Shown here piece after piece: positions 38,936-51,303 of a stretch of DNA of 64,000 nt. Position 1 is the stretch's first letter, and every line of letters begins with the position of its first letter. This DNA comes from Eledone cirrhosa (Eukaryota). The position numbers and the translations under genes are program-made. A model generated the notes under the pieces. It did not search any database. It saw nothing but the letters and a program-made list of their open reading frames with translations, and was not told the DNA's origin. The stretch is taken from contig OZ024744.1 of NCBI GenBank assembly GCA_964016885.1, positions 32,550,001 through 32,614,000 of the forward strand, given 5' to 3'.

Positions 38936-39359
38936 GAGTTGATAAGAGAAACGGAGAGAGATGTGCAGAGATCAGTGAATAACCGAAGAATCTCTTCCCT
39001 CTAGGGATTTATAAATATTCATCCTCGGTAATTCAATGAAAGCAAGAAAGGAAAAAACACAAACAATAAAAGAACATCGGGAACTTTAATCGAAAATAAA
39101 TGGTTTTATCATTCAGTTTTCTTTTAACACTCTCCGACTGGTAATTCTTTCAAATGTTGCCCCACTCTCTTTATGTATATCTATCTCTCAGAAGTTTTAT
39201 ACGTTTTGCAAAAACAATTCATACAGAATCTAGGTGAAAGATATGATTTCAACAATAATCATGTCAGTTGAAGAGAATATATAATTATTAAAACAGTTTC
39301 GAAAAAGGAATATATATAATCATACGTACACACACACAACATACATACAAATGTGTGTT

Positions 39360-39514
<155 letters not shown>

Positions 39515-39654
39515 ATACATATATATATGATACAAAAAAATTTCAAGAAATAACGTCACTGGACGAATTTTTTTTCTTCCTTTAAAATTGTTAAGTTAAC
39601 AGTTTACAACTAACACGTGACAATGGCATCAACAATGAGACCACGAAGAAAATG

Positions 39655-39845
39655 GAATGACACTGCATCAGTTTCGACGAAGAGTGTTTCAGTTATTCGA
39701 TCAACGGAATATCATGCTCGTGAAATTAACGTGAATGCATTTGAACATTCTACATACATGTGAACCTTTAAAGGTTCACTCGTAATTCTTAGGGAGATTC
39801 CATGTGGCACTGTTTACAACAAGGCTGACTCTTTGAATTACAGAA
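39655..39845 (-). mobile_element. Decayed body of SINE family B
   Basis: GATCAACGGAA..TGCTCGTGAAATTAACGTG is the reverse complement of the body at ~45650-45730. Confidence 0.5.
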
Positions 39846-40089
39846 GTCAAGTGCCAACCCGTGGCTATAATAAGTAATACCTGCCCAATATACCACAAAG
39901 AAGAATGGAACCCAGGACTTCTTAACTATTCGATCATACTGCATTTACTTGCGAGAACACAAAGAAACAAATAAGCATCTATTTGGTTATTTGTTCTGCT
40001 AGAAATTGTCGCAAAGAATGGCGTAGAGGGCCGCAGGTTACCCATCTTTGGTATAGAGAATGTTTTTAAGTTTTTTCTTTGGAGCATAT

Positions 40090-40770
40090 GTGAAGAGTTG
40101 ATGGGGTCTTCCTAGTCTGGAATAACACATACAATTGGCCATGTCAGACCGACAACCTGTAGGGTTTGACCTTGAAACTTGTTAAAACTTGTTAATGGTC
40201 ATTGCGTAACATTTGAAACGCAAGGTTACATCTGTTTGTATTAGCAGAATTCTAGGTATAAATGTGATGTCTCCCTTACCATATCCAGTGAAGAGATTGG
40301 CTTCGATAATGTGAGGCTGTACTTCAGTTACAAACATATGCGCCCCATTGAACAATCTTGGCTGATCCAGGTTTATGAGAAGCATGGTGACTGTATCTTC
40401 AATTCAGATTAAATTCAAAGGGATAATGAACAGCTTCGTCCTCGTCGACAACTTTGTTGATAAATGTATAGGTCTAGCTACCTCCAGGGATCATTTATGA
40501 GAGATTTTGTTGATGGCATTCAATGTGATGTTTTGGGGGGCAAAGATTGTTTTGTTTTGTTTTGTTTTTCATACAGCCATTCATCATTGGAATGGTGGAT
40601 TTTGAAATTGGGGACACTTGATTAATTAAGCTATCAACGCTTTCCACGGCAGTACAAAATGATGAAGGATCAAAACATCCTTCGGTATCAAGAGATTGCT
40701 TATCTGTAACTCCGAGTGCCTCCGCCACCTTCCCGCCCCCGTTATTCGACTGCATATACTTTAAAAATAG
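40090..40770 (-). pseudogene. Second decayed Helitron Pif1 helicase fragment
   Basis: EWLYE..IFAP.N...IN, DEAVHYP, MLLINLDQPRLFNG, G.GKG...FIPRI, AMTINK. Confidence 0.8.
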
Positions 40771-41204
40771 TGAATGGTGTATCACAAATGTTCCTTCTAA
40801 CTGGTTCACCATTCCTGTTAACATTTTCTTGCCAAAAATAAAGTATTATAAAATAGATTAACAGATATTAAACAAATGGTGAATGTTTGAGATTTCTGTG
40901 TCAGTTGTGTTACTGGGATCTGGATGGTATCACTAAAAATTAATAAATTAAATTGTCCGCTACACCCAAATATTTTACATCCCAAATTGGTTCCATGTAT
41001 TGTGTGGTTAAAACATTTGCTTCATAATCCCAGGTTCAATACTTCATCACAGTATTTTACATTGCCAGAGAATAACAGTCAAATGTTTTTAACATGTTAT
41101 TCCATATAAGATTCTATGATACACATCCAGAATATTAAGCCACGCAAAAATAACTTACTTCATTATTCATCTTGTTGAAGAATGAAAGCCCCAAGTTGTG
41201 TCGT

Positions 41205-42583
41205 AAAATAACGATTACCTGTACTAGACACAGAGCTCTGGTTAGATACCATTAATAACAAAAAACAAATCCTCCATTCCGATTATACCAAACCCATGAC
41301 TTCCAAATATCTGATCCACCGAAACTCAGCTGTTTCGGAACACACCAAAATCAACATACTGATTGCTGATTTGGTACGGGTGATGAGAAACGTGTCCCGC
41401 ATGTGCAACCCCGAAGAACTAGAGAGACACATACAACACTTCATCCACCGTATACAGTTCTCTGGTTACAATCAGAGAGATAAAATCAGAGTATATAGAG
41501 GACCAGAACCAAATGGGAAAAAATAGTAAATAATGATACAAATGGGACCTGTCCCTTGTATAGGAGCAAATTTTGGAATAGAATAGAGAGAACTAGGAAT
41601 AAGATTAATAGAATAAACTCATGGTATGATAGCAATAAATACCAGAGTGTAATGTTCATCAATACAACCCTAGAGGTGAATTAGCTTACAAATTTAGAAG
41701 GGCCCTAGATAAACTAAAACTTAATATTAAGATAGTAGAAAGAAAAGATACCTCCATAAAAACACTTATTAGTAATACATACCCTTTTCAAAGACCTCCC
41801 TATATAGATAAGAAATGCATAATCTGTAAACTAAGCCCCCCCCCCCCCCCCCCACCCATATTAACTGTAAAACTAGAAATGTAGTATATAGCATAAGATG
41901 TACTGAAGGACAATGTAAAGATAAGAATATAGTGTACATAGGTGAGACAGCTCGTAGTATAGGAGAACGGTTAAATGAACACTGGCGAGAGCTTCAAGAT
42001 AGAACAGAATCATCTGTACTCTACCAACTTGGTAATATAGAACATAAGGGCAAATTAGAGAACATAGAAATAAAAATAAAATCTACACACAGAAAAGACG
42101 GAATGTTTAGACAAATCGCAGAGGCAATAAACATAAATGAACACCAACCAAATTAAATAGAAAGCATGAATGGAATAGCAACATCACAACTTACAATTAA
42201 GGACAAAATGAAAACACACACACATAGAACAAACAACCAACCAGTAACATGTAAATAAACAAATAAATAAACAAATAAAAACACACACAGACACCCGGAT
42301 GTAACACATGCGCAAACTAAGCACAAAACACACACAAAAACAAGATGGCATAGGACAGAACAAAGGAGAGGCACAAAACAAAGAAAATAATCCCCAGTCA
42401 TTGAAGAGGTCACAGAATGTGTGACGAAAGAACTTCGACAATATATGACCAACCAACCGTAAATTTATAAATTTTAAATTTAAAAAAAAATTTTTGTGAA
42501 AAAATCTTTTAATTTATAATAAATTGGAGTGAAAGCTTTTGGTGCGTGTGTTTCTTATTGGCAACATGACCCTCCCAAAGTAT

Positions 42584-42590
<7 letters not shown>
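41205..42590 (+). mobile_element. 5'-truncated Penelope-like element (RT thumb, GIY-YIG, pLTR with hammerhead)
   Basis: VLD..LW, Y.KPM.S..LIH.NSA, SGY, NVVYSIRC...C...VYIGETARS..ERLNEH. Hammerhead variant at 42397-42440. Ends in (TA)n. Confidence 0.85.
42397..42440 (+). ncRNA. Hammerhead variant (U3)
   Basis: GTC A TTGAAGA GGTCACA gaatg TGTGAC GAAA GAAC TTC GAC. Confidence 0.65.
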
Positions 42591-42672
<82 letters not shown>

Positions 42673-42962
42673 TATATCATAAATCATGTCTTTAGAATCA
42701 TCAGATATTAAAATATATACTATTTCTTCTTCTAATTAGCATAATTAACCATATACAAAATCAATCCTAGCAAGCTATAAGAATAAATTCTCTTATGGGG
42801 AAATCTCCGACAAACAATCGATCGTAGCCTCTTCGCGGCGGCCCCGTTTCATTATTTATCCAACATTTCGACAGCATGTAGAATCCGACTAAATATACCA
42901 TCAACCACACACAATTAGTAGTAAAATTAAACTTAGAAGAAATGCGCACATACCGTAATTAT

Positions 42963-43038
42963 ATCCCTACCATGGTTTCTTCCTTATTTAGGACATCCAA
43001 ATAATAGGAATGTCCAGAGTTAGGTTTCATCAGGAGAC
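42963..43038 (-). ncRNA. Type I hammerhead with extended stem II
   Basis: Reverse complement: GTCTC CTGATGA ..GGACATTC/GGATGTCC.. GAAA CCATGG TA GGGAT. Confidence 0.85.
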
Positions 43039-43874
43039 AAACTCAAAATCAGACATCTAGTTTTTCTATCCGATCCCGCCAAATTTAGATTCAAAAATGG
43101 CTAAAAATCGCTATGTAGCTGTCTTCCAGCCAGAGAGAAAGAGTGTGATTGGTTGCTTACGGCGGGTAGGCTTGCTGCTAGAAAGCGCAGCCATATATCG
43201 CCAAATTTAATCTCAACCAATTGGGATATTATTAAATATAAAGGTTATCATATACATAAAGTTAAAGATTTATATATGTTGCAACTGTTCACTTTCAAGC
43301 TCTATGAAGAATTAATAAATTAAAATAAAAAAATCAGAGCATTATATCATAAATCATGTCTTTAGAATCATCAGATTATATACTATTTCTTCTTCTAATT
43401 AGCATAATTAACCATGTTTGTTTGTTTGTTTGTCGGAGATTTCCCCATAAGAGAATTTATTCTTATAGCTTGCTAGGATTGATTTTGTATATGGTTAATT
43501 ATGCTAATTAGAAGAAGAAATAGTATATATTTTAATATCTGATGATTCTAAAGACATGATTTACGATATAATGCTCTGATTTTTTGATTTTAATTTATTA
43601 ATTCTTCATAGAGCTTAAAAGTGAACAGTTGCAACATATATATATATTTAACTTTATGTATATGATAACCTTTATAGTTAATAATATCCCAATTGGTTGA
43701 GATTAAATTTGGCAATATATGGCTGCGCTTTCTAGCAGCAAGCCTACCCGCCGTAAGCAACCAATCACACTCTTTCTCTCTGGCTGAAAGACAACTACAT
43801 AGCGATTTTTAGCCATTTTTGAATCTAAATTTGGCGGGATCGGATAGAAAAACTAGATGTCTGATTTTGAGTTT

Positions 43875-43949
43875 GTCCCTGATGAAACCTAACTCTGGAC
43901 ATTCCTATTATTTGGATGTCCTAAATAAGGAAGAAACCATGGTAGGGAT
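43875..43949 (+). ncRNA. Type I hammerhead with extended stem II
   Basis: GTCC CTGATGA AACCT..GGACATTC ctattattt GGATGTCC..AGGAA GAAA CCATGG TA GGGAT. Confidence 0.85.
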
Positions 43950-44357
43950 ATAATTACGGTATGTGCGCATTTCTTCTAAGTTTAATTTTACTACTAATTG
44001 TGTGTGGTTGATGGTATATTTAGTCGGATTCTACATGCTGTCGAAATGTTGGATAAATAATGAAACGGGGCCGCCGCGAAGAGGCTACGATCGATTGTTT
44101 GTCGGAGATTTCCCCATAAGAGAATTTATTCTTATAGCTTGCTAGGATTGATTTTGTATATGGTTAATTATGCTAATTAGAAGAAGAAATAGTATATATT
44201 TTAATATCTGATGATTCTAAAGACATGATTTATGATATAATGCTCTGATTTTTTGATTTTAATTTATTAATTCTTCATAGAGCTTAAAAGTGAACAGTTG
44301 CAACATATATATATCTTTAACTTTATGTATATGATAACCTTTATATATAAATATATA

Positions 44358-44485
<128 letters not shown>

Positions 44486-44543
44486 TATATATATACAATA
44501 TATTAATAAATGGAAACTATATTTATAAAACCATATTTATTTT

Positions 44544-44600
44544 ATTAGACATATTTCAAGGGCAACCAAGGTAAATTATGGTGCGCTTTCATCAGATAAC
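44544..44600 (-). ncRNA. Type I hammerhead motif (family of 37825)
   Basis: Reverse complement: CTGATGA AAGCGCACCA..TGGTTGCCCTT GAAA TATG TC. Confidence 0.7.
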
Positions 44601-44854
44601 ATACAGATTTGTTTTATAAATAAATATTGACATACCCGGAAAAAAGACAACCTTAACGGTTGGAGCTTCCTGGATAGATATATATATATATTAATATAAC
44701 AGATTAAAGTTTAAGCAAAGAATCGCTGCTTAATAAATATTTGCTCTACGGTTCTTATATATCTGATTTATCCTTATCGAGCCCTCTTTGGAGTTTAGTC
44801 TTCAAATTTATTATTATTACTATATATATATATATATATATATATTATTATTAT

Positions 44855-44959
<105 letters not shown>

Positions 44960-45044
44960 ATATATATTCTCGGGGAAATGGGAAAACTCGGCGTATGGAA
45001 GCTTTTAGAACGGCAAAATACCGTCGAAGGGGCGTTAGGTAAAA

Positions 45045-45170
45045 TATTAGCTGGAAGGACAGATATCAGGGGCTAGAAGTGAGTTGACTGGAAGGAAGGA
45101 ACAGGTAAAATATTAGCTGGAAGGACAGAGATCAAGGGCTAGATGTTAGTTGACTGGAAGGAAGGAGGGG
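45045..45170. repeat. Short tandem duplication (~57-60 bp unit, two copies)
   Basis: AGGTAAAATATTAGCTGGAAGGACAGA...AGTTGACTGGAAGGAAGGA occurs twice. Confidence 0.8.
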
Positions 45171-45348
45171 AGATATGAAGAAGGAAAAGGAATGAATGAA
45201 AGCGAACAGGTGACAAGCATTAAATAATGCTCTTCAGATCTCAACCTCCAACAGTTTCGACGAATTAATGAGATTACTCCGGTGAATAAGAGGTTCGTAA
45301 CGGAGAAACACATATCTTCGTTCATATAATGTTTGTGTTGGGACAGGT

Positions 45349-45441
<93 letters not shown>

Positions 45442-45502
45442 AAGTGTGTCTGATCGACACCAAGTTTTATTTTGTTGGCGATGTTTTTTAAAAATCACTG
45501 TA

Positions 45503-45735
45503 AAGGTGCGTGGCTCAATGGTTAGGATGTTCATCAACTCGTGTTTTAGATTCTTGCACGGGGTTGCACGTTGTACCCTTGAGCAACACTTTTTTGTTCG
45601 TGTGTATTCCCTTATCTGATAAATATGCATTATACCTAGATAAACTCAACTGTTTACATGTTAATTTCACATGCAGACTGTTCCAAAGATTGCTTTAGTT
45701 GGATCACTCATCGTCGATACCAACGATGATCCTAC
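45503..45735 (+). mobile_element. Decayed tRNA-derived SINE family B
   Basis: GGTGCGTGGCTCAATGGTTAGG head and CCTTGAGCAACACTT motif. Confidence 0.6.
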
Positions 45736-45869
45736 ACACTCACTGATCTATCAATATGTGTCTGACTATGTTCTGAAAATCCTATTATAACATTCACTGA
45801 TATCCGTTGGGGATTAATGAATTATCAATGGGATATTATTAGTGTACTAAGATGAGTGTATTTGTTTGA

Positions 45870-46073
45870 TAGTAGCCTGCATCAGACGTACAGACAGAGA
45901 GGAGTAGTATGAGGTGGTCATAACAACAGTGGTAGCAGCCTGCATCAGACGTACAGACAGAGAGGAGTAGTATGAGGTGGTCATAACAACAGTGGTAGCA
46001 GCCTGCATCAGACGTACAGACAGAGAGGAGTAGTATGAGGTGGTCATAACAACAGTGGTAGCAGTCTGCATCA
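45870..46073. repeat. 63-bp minisatellite, ~3.2 identical units
   Basis: TAGCAGCCTGCATCAGACGTACAGACAGAGAGGAGTAGTATGAGGTGGTCATAACAACAGTGG. Confidence 0.95.
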
Positions 46074-46104
46074 GTGAATGTTAGACGCTGTTTCCTGTAG
46101 TTTG

Positions 46105-46512
46105 TTATCACCCTTTCCTTCCTCAATCATCTCTAGTGCGTGACATCATCATCCCTTCCTTCCTCAGACATCTCTAATATCTGACGTCCTCACCCCTTCC
46201 TTCCTCAATCATCACTAGTGTCTGGTGTCATCATCCCTTCCTTCTTCAGTCATCTCTAGTACGTGACGTCATCACCCCTTCCTTACTCAGTCATATCTAG
46301 TGTGTGACGTTATCACCGCTTCCTTCCTCAGTCATCTCTAGTGTGTGATGTCATCACTCCTTTCTCCCTTTATCATCTCTAGTACGTGACGTCAACACCC
46401 TTCCTTCCTCAATCATCTCTAGTACGTGACGTCTTCATCCCTTCCTCCCTCAGTCGTCTCTAGTGCGTGACGTCATCATCCCTTCCTTTCTCAGTCATCA
46501 CTAGTACGTAAC
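46105..46512. repeat. 41-bp minisatellite, ~10 units, with TGACGTCA motifs
   Basis: CTCTAG-like motif every 40-41 bp from 46131 to 46499. Confidence 0.92.
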
Positions 46513-46521
46513 GATATAAAT

Positions 46522-46735
46522 GGCTGTGGATTGGCAGAGTCATTTGAGCGTCGGACAACATGTTTTTGCGGCATAGAGTTACAGACCTTCACAGTTTTAA
46601 TCCTATGAATGAGAACTATGCGTTTCATCTTTACGGGGCCGATAAAATAAAATACCAACAAAGCCCTGAGGTCAATTTAATCGATACCCTCGCCATCCTT
46701 TCAAAATACTGGCACTGTACCAAATGTAGACAATT
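46522..46735 (+). mobile_element. SINE family A, diverged
   Basis: Head, central domain and tail similarity. Confidence 0.7.
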
Positions 46736-47271
46736 ATTATCAGTGATACAACTGATATTGTTTAACCAATCACTACAACTACAAAAAAATTTAAAGTAAC
46801 TATTAATTATCTTTCAATCAACTTTAAATAAACCCCCTCCTCACCTTACCAAGACCTACAAAAACTATAGCTCTTGTTTGTCCCTTGAAATTTTCGAAGT
46901 CTAAAAATAAATATTTCATAAGTTTATTCAAATGTTGAACATATATAAGAAAATAAAAACTTTACTCACTCCACAAAGTAGAGTTACATTGAATATTCAA
47001 TTGTCTTTTGTGGTTATGAAAACGGAAAAGGAAGGGAAAGGGAAGGGTCTAAGGATCTGGTTTTCAATACATTTTCTAGTAAGGGTAAAGAGCCCCTTTG
47101 GTCACGAATAACCACGTGATTTGCTCCTACAAAGTTCCCCTCCGAGACCCAACTCCGGGCAAGGTGGCTTTGCGGAAGACCAGCAGTTGCCCATGTATGT
47201 CAGACTCCCCTCACCACGCCACCTTTGTCCAAGACTAGTGATGTCAAAACATTATATATATACTATATAAG

Positions 47272-47462
47272 GGCAGTGACTTGACAGAATCGGTAGAGGG
47301 TCCGATGCCATGCTTTGCAGCATAGAGTTACGGCCCTTTCCATTCTGAGTTCAAATCCCACCGAGGTTAACTTTACCTTTCATCCTTACAGGGTCGATAA
47401 AATAAAGTACCAGTAATACACTGGGATAATTGCTGGCCTTGTGCCAAAAGTAAAAACAATTA
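47272..47462 (+). mobile_element. SINE family A
   Basis: Full head, central domain, and tail GCCTTGTGCCAAAAGTAAAAACAATT. Confidence 0.88.
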
Positions 47463-48115
47463 TATATATACTATATATATATATACTAATTAAAATAACA
47501 GATTAAAGTTTAAGCAAAGAATCGCTGCTTTCACCCTTAACGGGATCTTCTGAAACTAACAAAGTCAATCTGTAAACGCAGAACTGGATATTTCAAAACA
47601 CGTTGTAACCGGAGGAAGACAGGAAGACGATACTTTGGTTCATGGTGACGTTTGCTGGCAAAGAACGGGAAAAAACGAATAATACGTCATTAATAGGAGC
47701 GGTGAAAAACAATTACGTGCAAGGACAGAACCACGTTTATGGTATAAAAGAGGTCGTAGACTAATGTTCTCTAAGTGGTGCATAGAGACGTTCTCTGGCA
47801 ATGAACGAAAAAACGAAGATAATAAGTCATATGTGGAGCGTGGAGAACAATAGCGTGCAAAGACAAAACCACGTAAATGGTATAGCAGAAGTCGTAGACT
47901 AAAATTCTAACTAGGAGACCGAATGAATCTCCGCTACAGAGTTAAGAACAAAGTAAATAAATACAATACAGAAGTAATAGGAACAAATAAATACATACAC
48001 GCAAACAGATACGTACATACACAAGCATACGCAAAACCTTAAAGGCTTCAACCTCTCTATACAGGTTGAGGCCAATCTCTCGGTCGGTAATTACCTCGAC
48101 GTTACCCTCAATTTA

Positions 48116-49051
48116 TTGAATGGGTTGCATTACCCGTATAGAAAGCCGAATGATACGCTTAATTACATAAGTAAGCATTCCAACCATCCTGCCAGCATAA
48201 CCAAGAACCTGGTAAAAAACGTTTCGTTGAGGCTTTCCCGTCTTTCCACCAACGAGCGCATTTTCAACGACCATTCCACTTATTACAATGAAGCTCTTGC
48301 TCCAAGTGGATTTGTCGATATGGTAGCATATACAGAGTACGAGAATAGACCTAGAAGAAATAGATCCCGTCGCATTTGTTGGTTTAACCCACCATATAAT
48401 ATGGAGGTGGCCACACCATTAGCTATGATCTTTCTTTCCCTTATTACGAAGCATTTTCCCCCTACACATAAATATAGTAAAATTTTTAATAGAAACACTA
48501 TTAAAATTTCTTACTCAACGACTCCTAACCTTGCACATAACATCACAGCTTCAAATTTAGCTAAAATACCTAGCCGTAGGAACACGTGCAACCCTGTAGT
48601 TAGTACTAACTGTAATTGTAGGAATCGGGCTGATTGCCCCCTATCCGGGAAATGCCTCTCTAGTAACATTGTCTACAAATGTAAGGTTGTAACACCCACG
48701 TCCCGTAGGGCCTACATAGGGTTAACCGCCAATAGTTTCAAGCAGCGTCTTTACATGCATACCCATTCTTTTCGTTACCCTCTAAGAAAGAATATGACGT
48801 CCCTTTCAGCTTATATCTGGAGTCTAAAAGACAACCACACCCAATATAAGTTACACTGCGAGATCCTAGCTAGGGCTAGATCGTATAACGGAAATAAAAG
48901 ACCATGTGACCTCTGCGCCGCTCAGGCCCTGGAAATACTCTACGCCATAGACCACATCTTAAACAAAAAATCTGAGGCAATTTCGGCTTGTAAACATAAA
49001 TTGCACAAAACTGTCCTGTATTACAGCCCTACGTTATACCCTAACGGATAG
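48116..49051 (+). CDS. PLE RT thumb, Zn-linker and GIY-YIG endonuclease (5'-truncated ORF)
   Basis: YRKPND..YI...SNHP, WFNPPY, CNCR...CPL.GKC, IVYKC...YIGLT..SFKQR..H, LS.YIW.LK, CDLC. Confidence 0.88.
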   Translation: MNGLHYPYRKPNDTLNYISKHSNHPASITKNLVKNVSLRLSRLSTNERIFNDHSTYYNEALAPSGFVDMVAYTEYENRPRRNRSRRICWFNPPYNMEVATPLAMIFLSLITKHFPPTHKYSKIFNRNTIKISYSTTPNLAHNITASNLAKIPSRRNTCNPVVSTNCNCRNRADCPLSGKCLSSNIVYKCKVVTPTSRRAYIGLTANSFKQRLYMHTHSFRYPLRKNMTSLSAYIWSLKDNHTQYKLHCEILARARSYNGNKRPCDLCAAQALEILYAIDHILNKKSEAISACKHKLHKTVLYYSPTLYPNG

Positions 49052-49977
49052 CACGATCTATACGTGGATATTTACGTCTTGATGTGGGAGCTAAGTATAT
49101 GTTTTGTTTATTCCTTTACTTTTTGCATAGGTAAGTATATATTACCCGTATGTTTTGTGAAGATATGTATACCTTCTCGTACGTATATTTGACTGTTTTG
49201 GCGTATAATTTTTACATATTCTGGTATTTAGGGCTTGGTTATGTGTATATGGGAGTTTTGCGTCTGCGTGAGTATGCAGGTTCGTACGTATGGTGGGTGT
49301 GTGTATATGTGTACTTCTTGTTTTAGTTGACTTACGTCTCCGAACCTTCGTGTATTTATTTGTAGGGATGTGTGTGCGCTTGTTATATACGTATTTATTT
49401 ACTTATATACGTTTATATAATTATTTATTTATTTGTACACAAGCATACACACATACACATATTTATATGTGCGTGGTTTTGTATACCTATGGTAAGGTTT
49501 TGCGTATGCTTGTGTGTGTACGTATCTGTTTGCGTGTATGTATTTATTTGTTCCTATTACTTCTGTATTGTATTTATTTACTTTGTTCTTAACTCTGTAG
49601 CGGAGATTCATTCGGCATCTTAGTTAGAATTTTAGTCTACGACTTCTGCTATACCATTTACGTGGTTTTGTCTTTGCACGCTATTGTTCTACACGATCCA
49701 CATATGACTTATTATCTTCGTTTTTTCGTTCATTGCCAGAGAACGTCTCTATGCACCACTTAGAGAACATTAGTCTACGACCTCTTTTATACCATAAACG
49801 TGGTTCTGTCCTTGCACGTAATTGTTTTTCACCGCTCCTATTAATGACGTATTATTCGTTTTTTTCCCGTTCTTTGCCAGCGAACGTCACCATGAACCAA
49901 AGTATCGTCTTCCTGTCTTCCTCCGATTGCAACGTCTTTTGAAATATCCAGTTCTGCGTTTACAGATTGACTTTGTT

Positions 49978-50028
49978 AGTTTCAGAAGATCCCGTTAAGG
50001 GTGAAAGCAGCGATTCTTTGCTTAAACT
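49978..50028 (+). ncRNA. Hammerhead variant (U4A); further copies at 47507-47557, 58638-58688 and 61539-61589 (all -)
   Basis: AGTTT CAGAAGA TCCC gttaa GGG T GAAA GCA gcgattctt TGC TT AAACT. All three stems pair. Confidence 0.75.
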
Positions 50029-50318
50029 TTAATCTGTTATTTTAATAAATATTTGCTCTTCGGTTCCTATATATTTGATATATATTTTCCTTATCGAGCC
50101 CTCTCTGGATTTTAGTCTTCAATTTTATTATTATTACTATATATATACTATATATATATATACACTGTATATGATGTTGTCCAAGACCAGTGACGTGAAA
50201 ACATTATATATACACTATATATATATATATATATGTATACGTTATATATGATATTGTCCAAGACCAGTGACGTCAAAACATTTAGAAACAATTATATATA
50301 AATATATATATATATACG

Positions 50319-50398
<80 letters not shown>

Positions 50399-50429
50399 TA
50401 TATATATATAAACTATATATATATATATA

Positions 50430-50463
<34 letters not shown>

Positions 50464-50473
50464 TATATATATA

Positions 50474-50537
<64 letters not shown>

Positions 50538-50714
50538 TTCAAGAGTAACCAATCTTAAAGAGAGAGATGGAGATAATAGAGGAGATATGAGAGGAAAGAT
50601 TTGTGAATTAGTTAGAAGCCAAAGCGTAAAGGCATGTGCTCAATGTGCAATATGCAGTAGAAAGCAGCTAGGTGGCTGGGTTCATGCAGAGATTAGGTGC
50701 GCAGAGCTGGAAAT

Positions 50715-51221
50715 ATTCATTAGTTAAGCAAAACAAGACCACAAATTTCACAAGGAAGACATTATTAAAAGATCGTCAACATATTTTAGTTTGATGCAAG
50801 GAATGTAGAGAATAATAATAATAATATTAATAATAATAATGTCCGTTTACTCTGATCCAGAAATATTATATGGAGTAGGGAAACAATTGGAAACGGACAT
50901 TATTATTATTAATAAGGCGGTGGATTGGCAGTATCGGTAGAGGGTCGGACGCCATACTTTCCAGCTTAGTTACGTCCCTTTACGATCTGAGTTCAAATCC
51001 CGCCGAGGTTGACTTTGCCTTTTATCCTTACGGGGGTCTATAAAATAATGTACCAGTAATGCACTGGGTAATTGGTGGCCTTGTGCCTAAAGTAGAAACA
51101 ATTATTATTAATATTATTATTATTATTATTCTCTACATTCCTTACATCAAACTAAAATATGTTGACAATCTTTTAATAATGTCTTCCTTGTGAAATTTGT
51201 GGTCTTGCTTTGCTTAACTAA

Positions 51222-51226
<5 letters not shown>
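50715..51226. repeat. ~115-bp inverted repeat enclosing a small hairpin and a SINE A copy (50916-51103, +)
   Basis: 50715-50830 is the reverse complement of ~51104-51226. Confidence 0.85.

Positions 51227-51298
<72 letters not shown>

Positions 51299-51303
<5 letters not shown>

Larger units (their letters stand above)
42673..44345. mobile_element. Non-coding ~670-bp hammerhead element as two inverted, more-than-unit-length arms (retrozyme-like)
   Basis: Left arm 42673-43414 (period 670) and right arm 43428-44345 (period 669) are inverted around (GTTT)n. One hammerhead per unit. Confidence 0.88.
47490..50138 (+). mobile_element. 5'-truncated Penelope-like element (Nematis-like) with an inverted 5' pLTR copy
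   Basis: 47490-48040 is an inverted copy of ~49495-50045. ORF 48116-49051, ~1.1-kb 3' region with hammerhead, (TA)n on both sides. Confidence 0.92.

Noticed and set aside
43538-43580. Second CTGATGA in the 670-bp unit (also at 44208)
   Set aside because: No stem II or downstream GAAA, so not a hammerhead.
45255-45335. Possible decayed minus-strand hammerhead (ACGAA..TTCGT, GAAACTGTT)
   Set aside because: CTGANGA box missing, so not counted.
45870-46512. Regular repeats resembling a CRISPR array
   Set aside because: Units are contiguous with no unique spacers, the context is eukaryotic, and there are no cas genes.
46960-47050. Possible small host exon on the minus strand (pyrimidine tract, AG ... 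GTGAGT)
   Set aside because: Only ~35 nt with no recognisable protein and no supporting exons.
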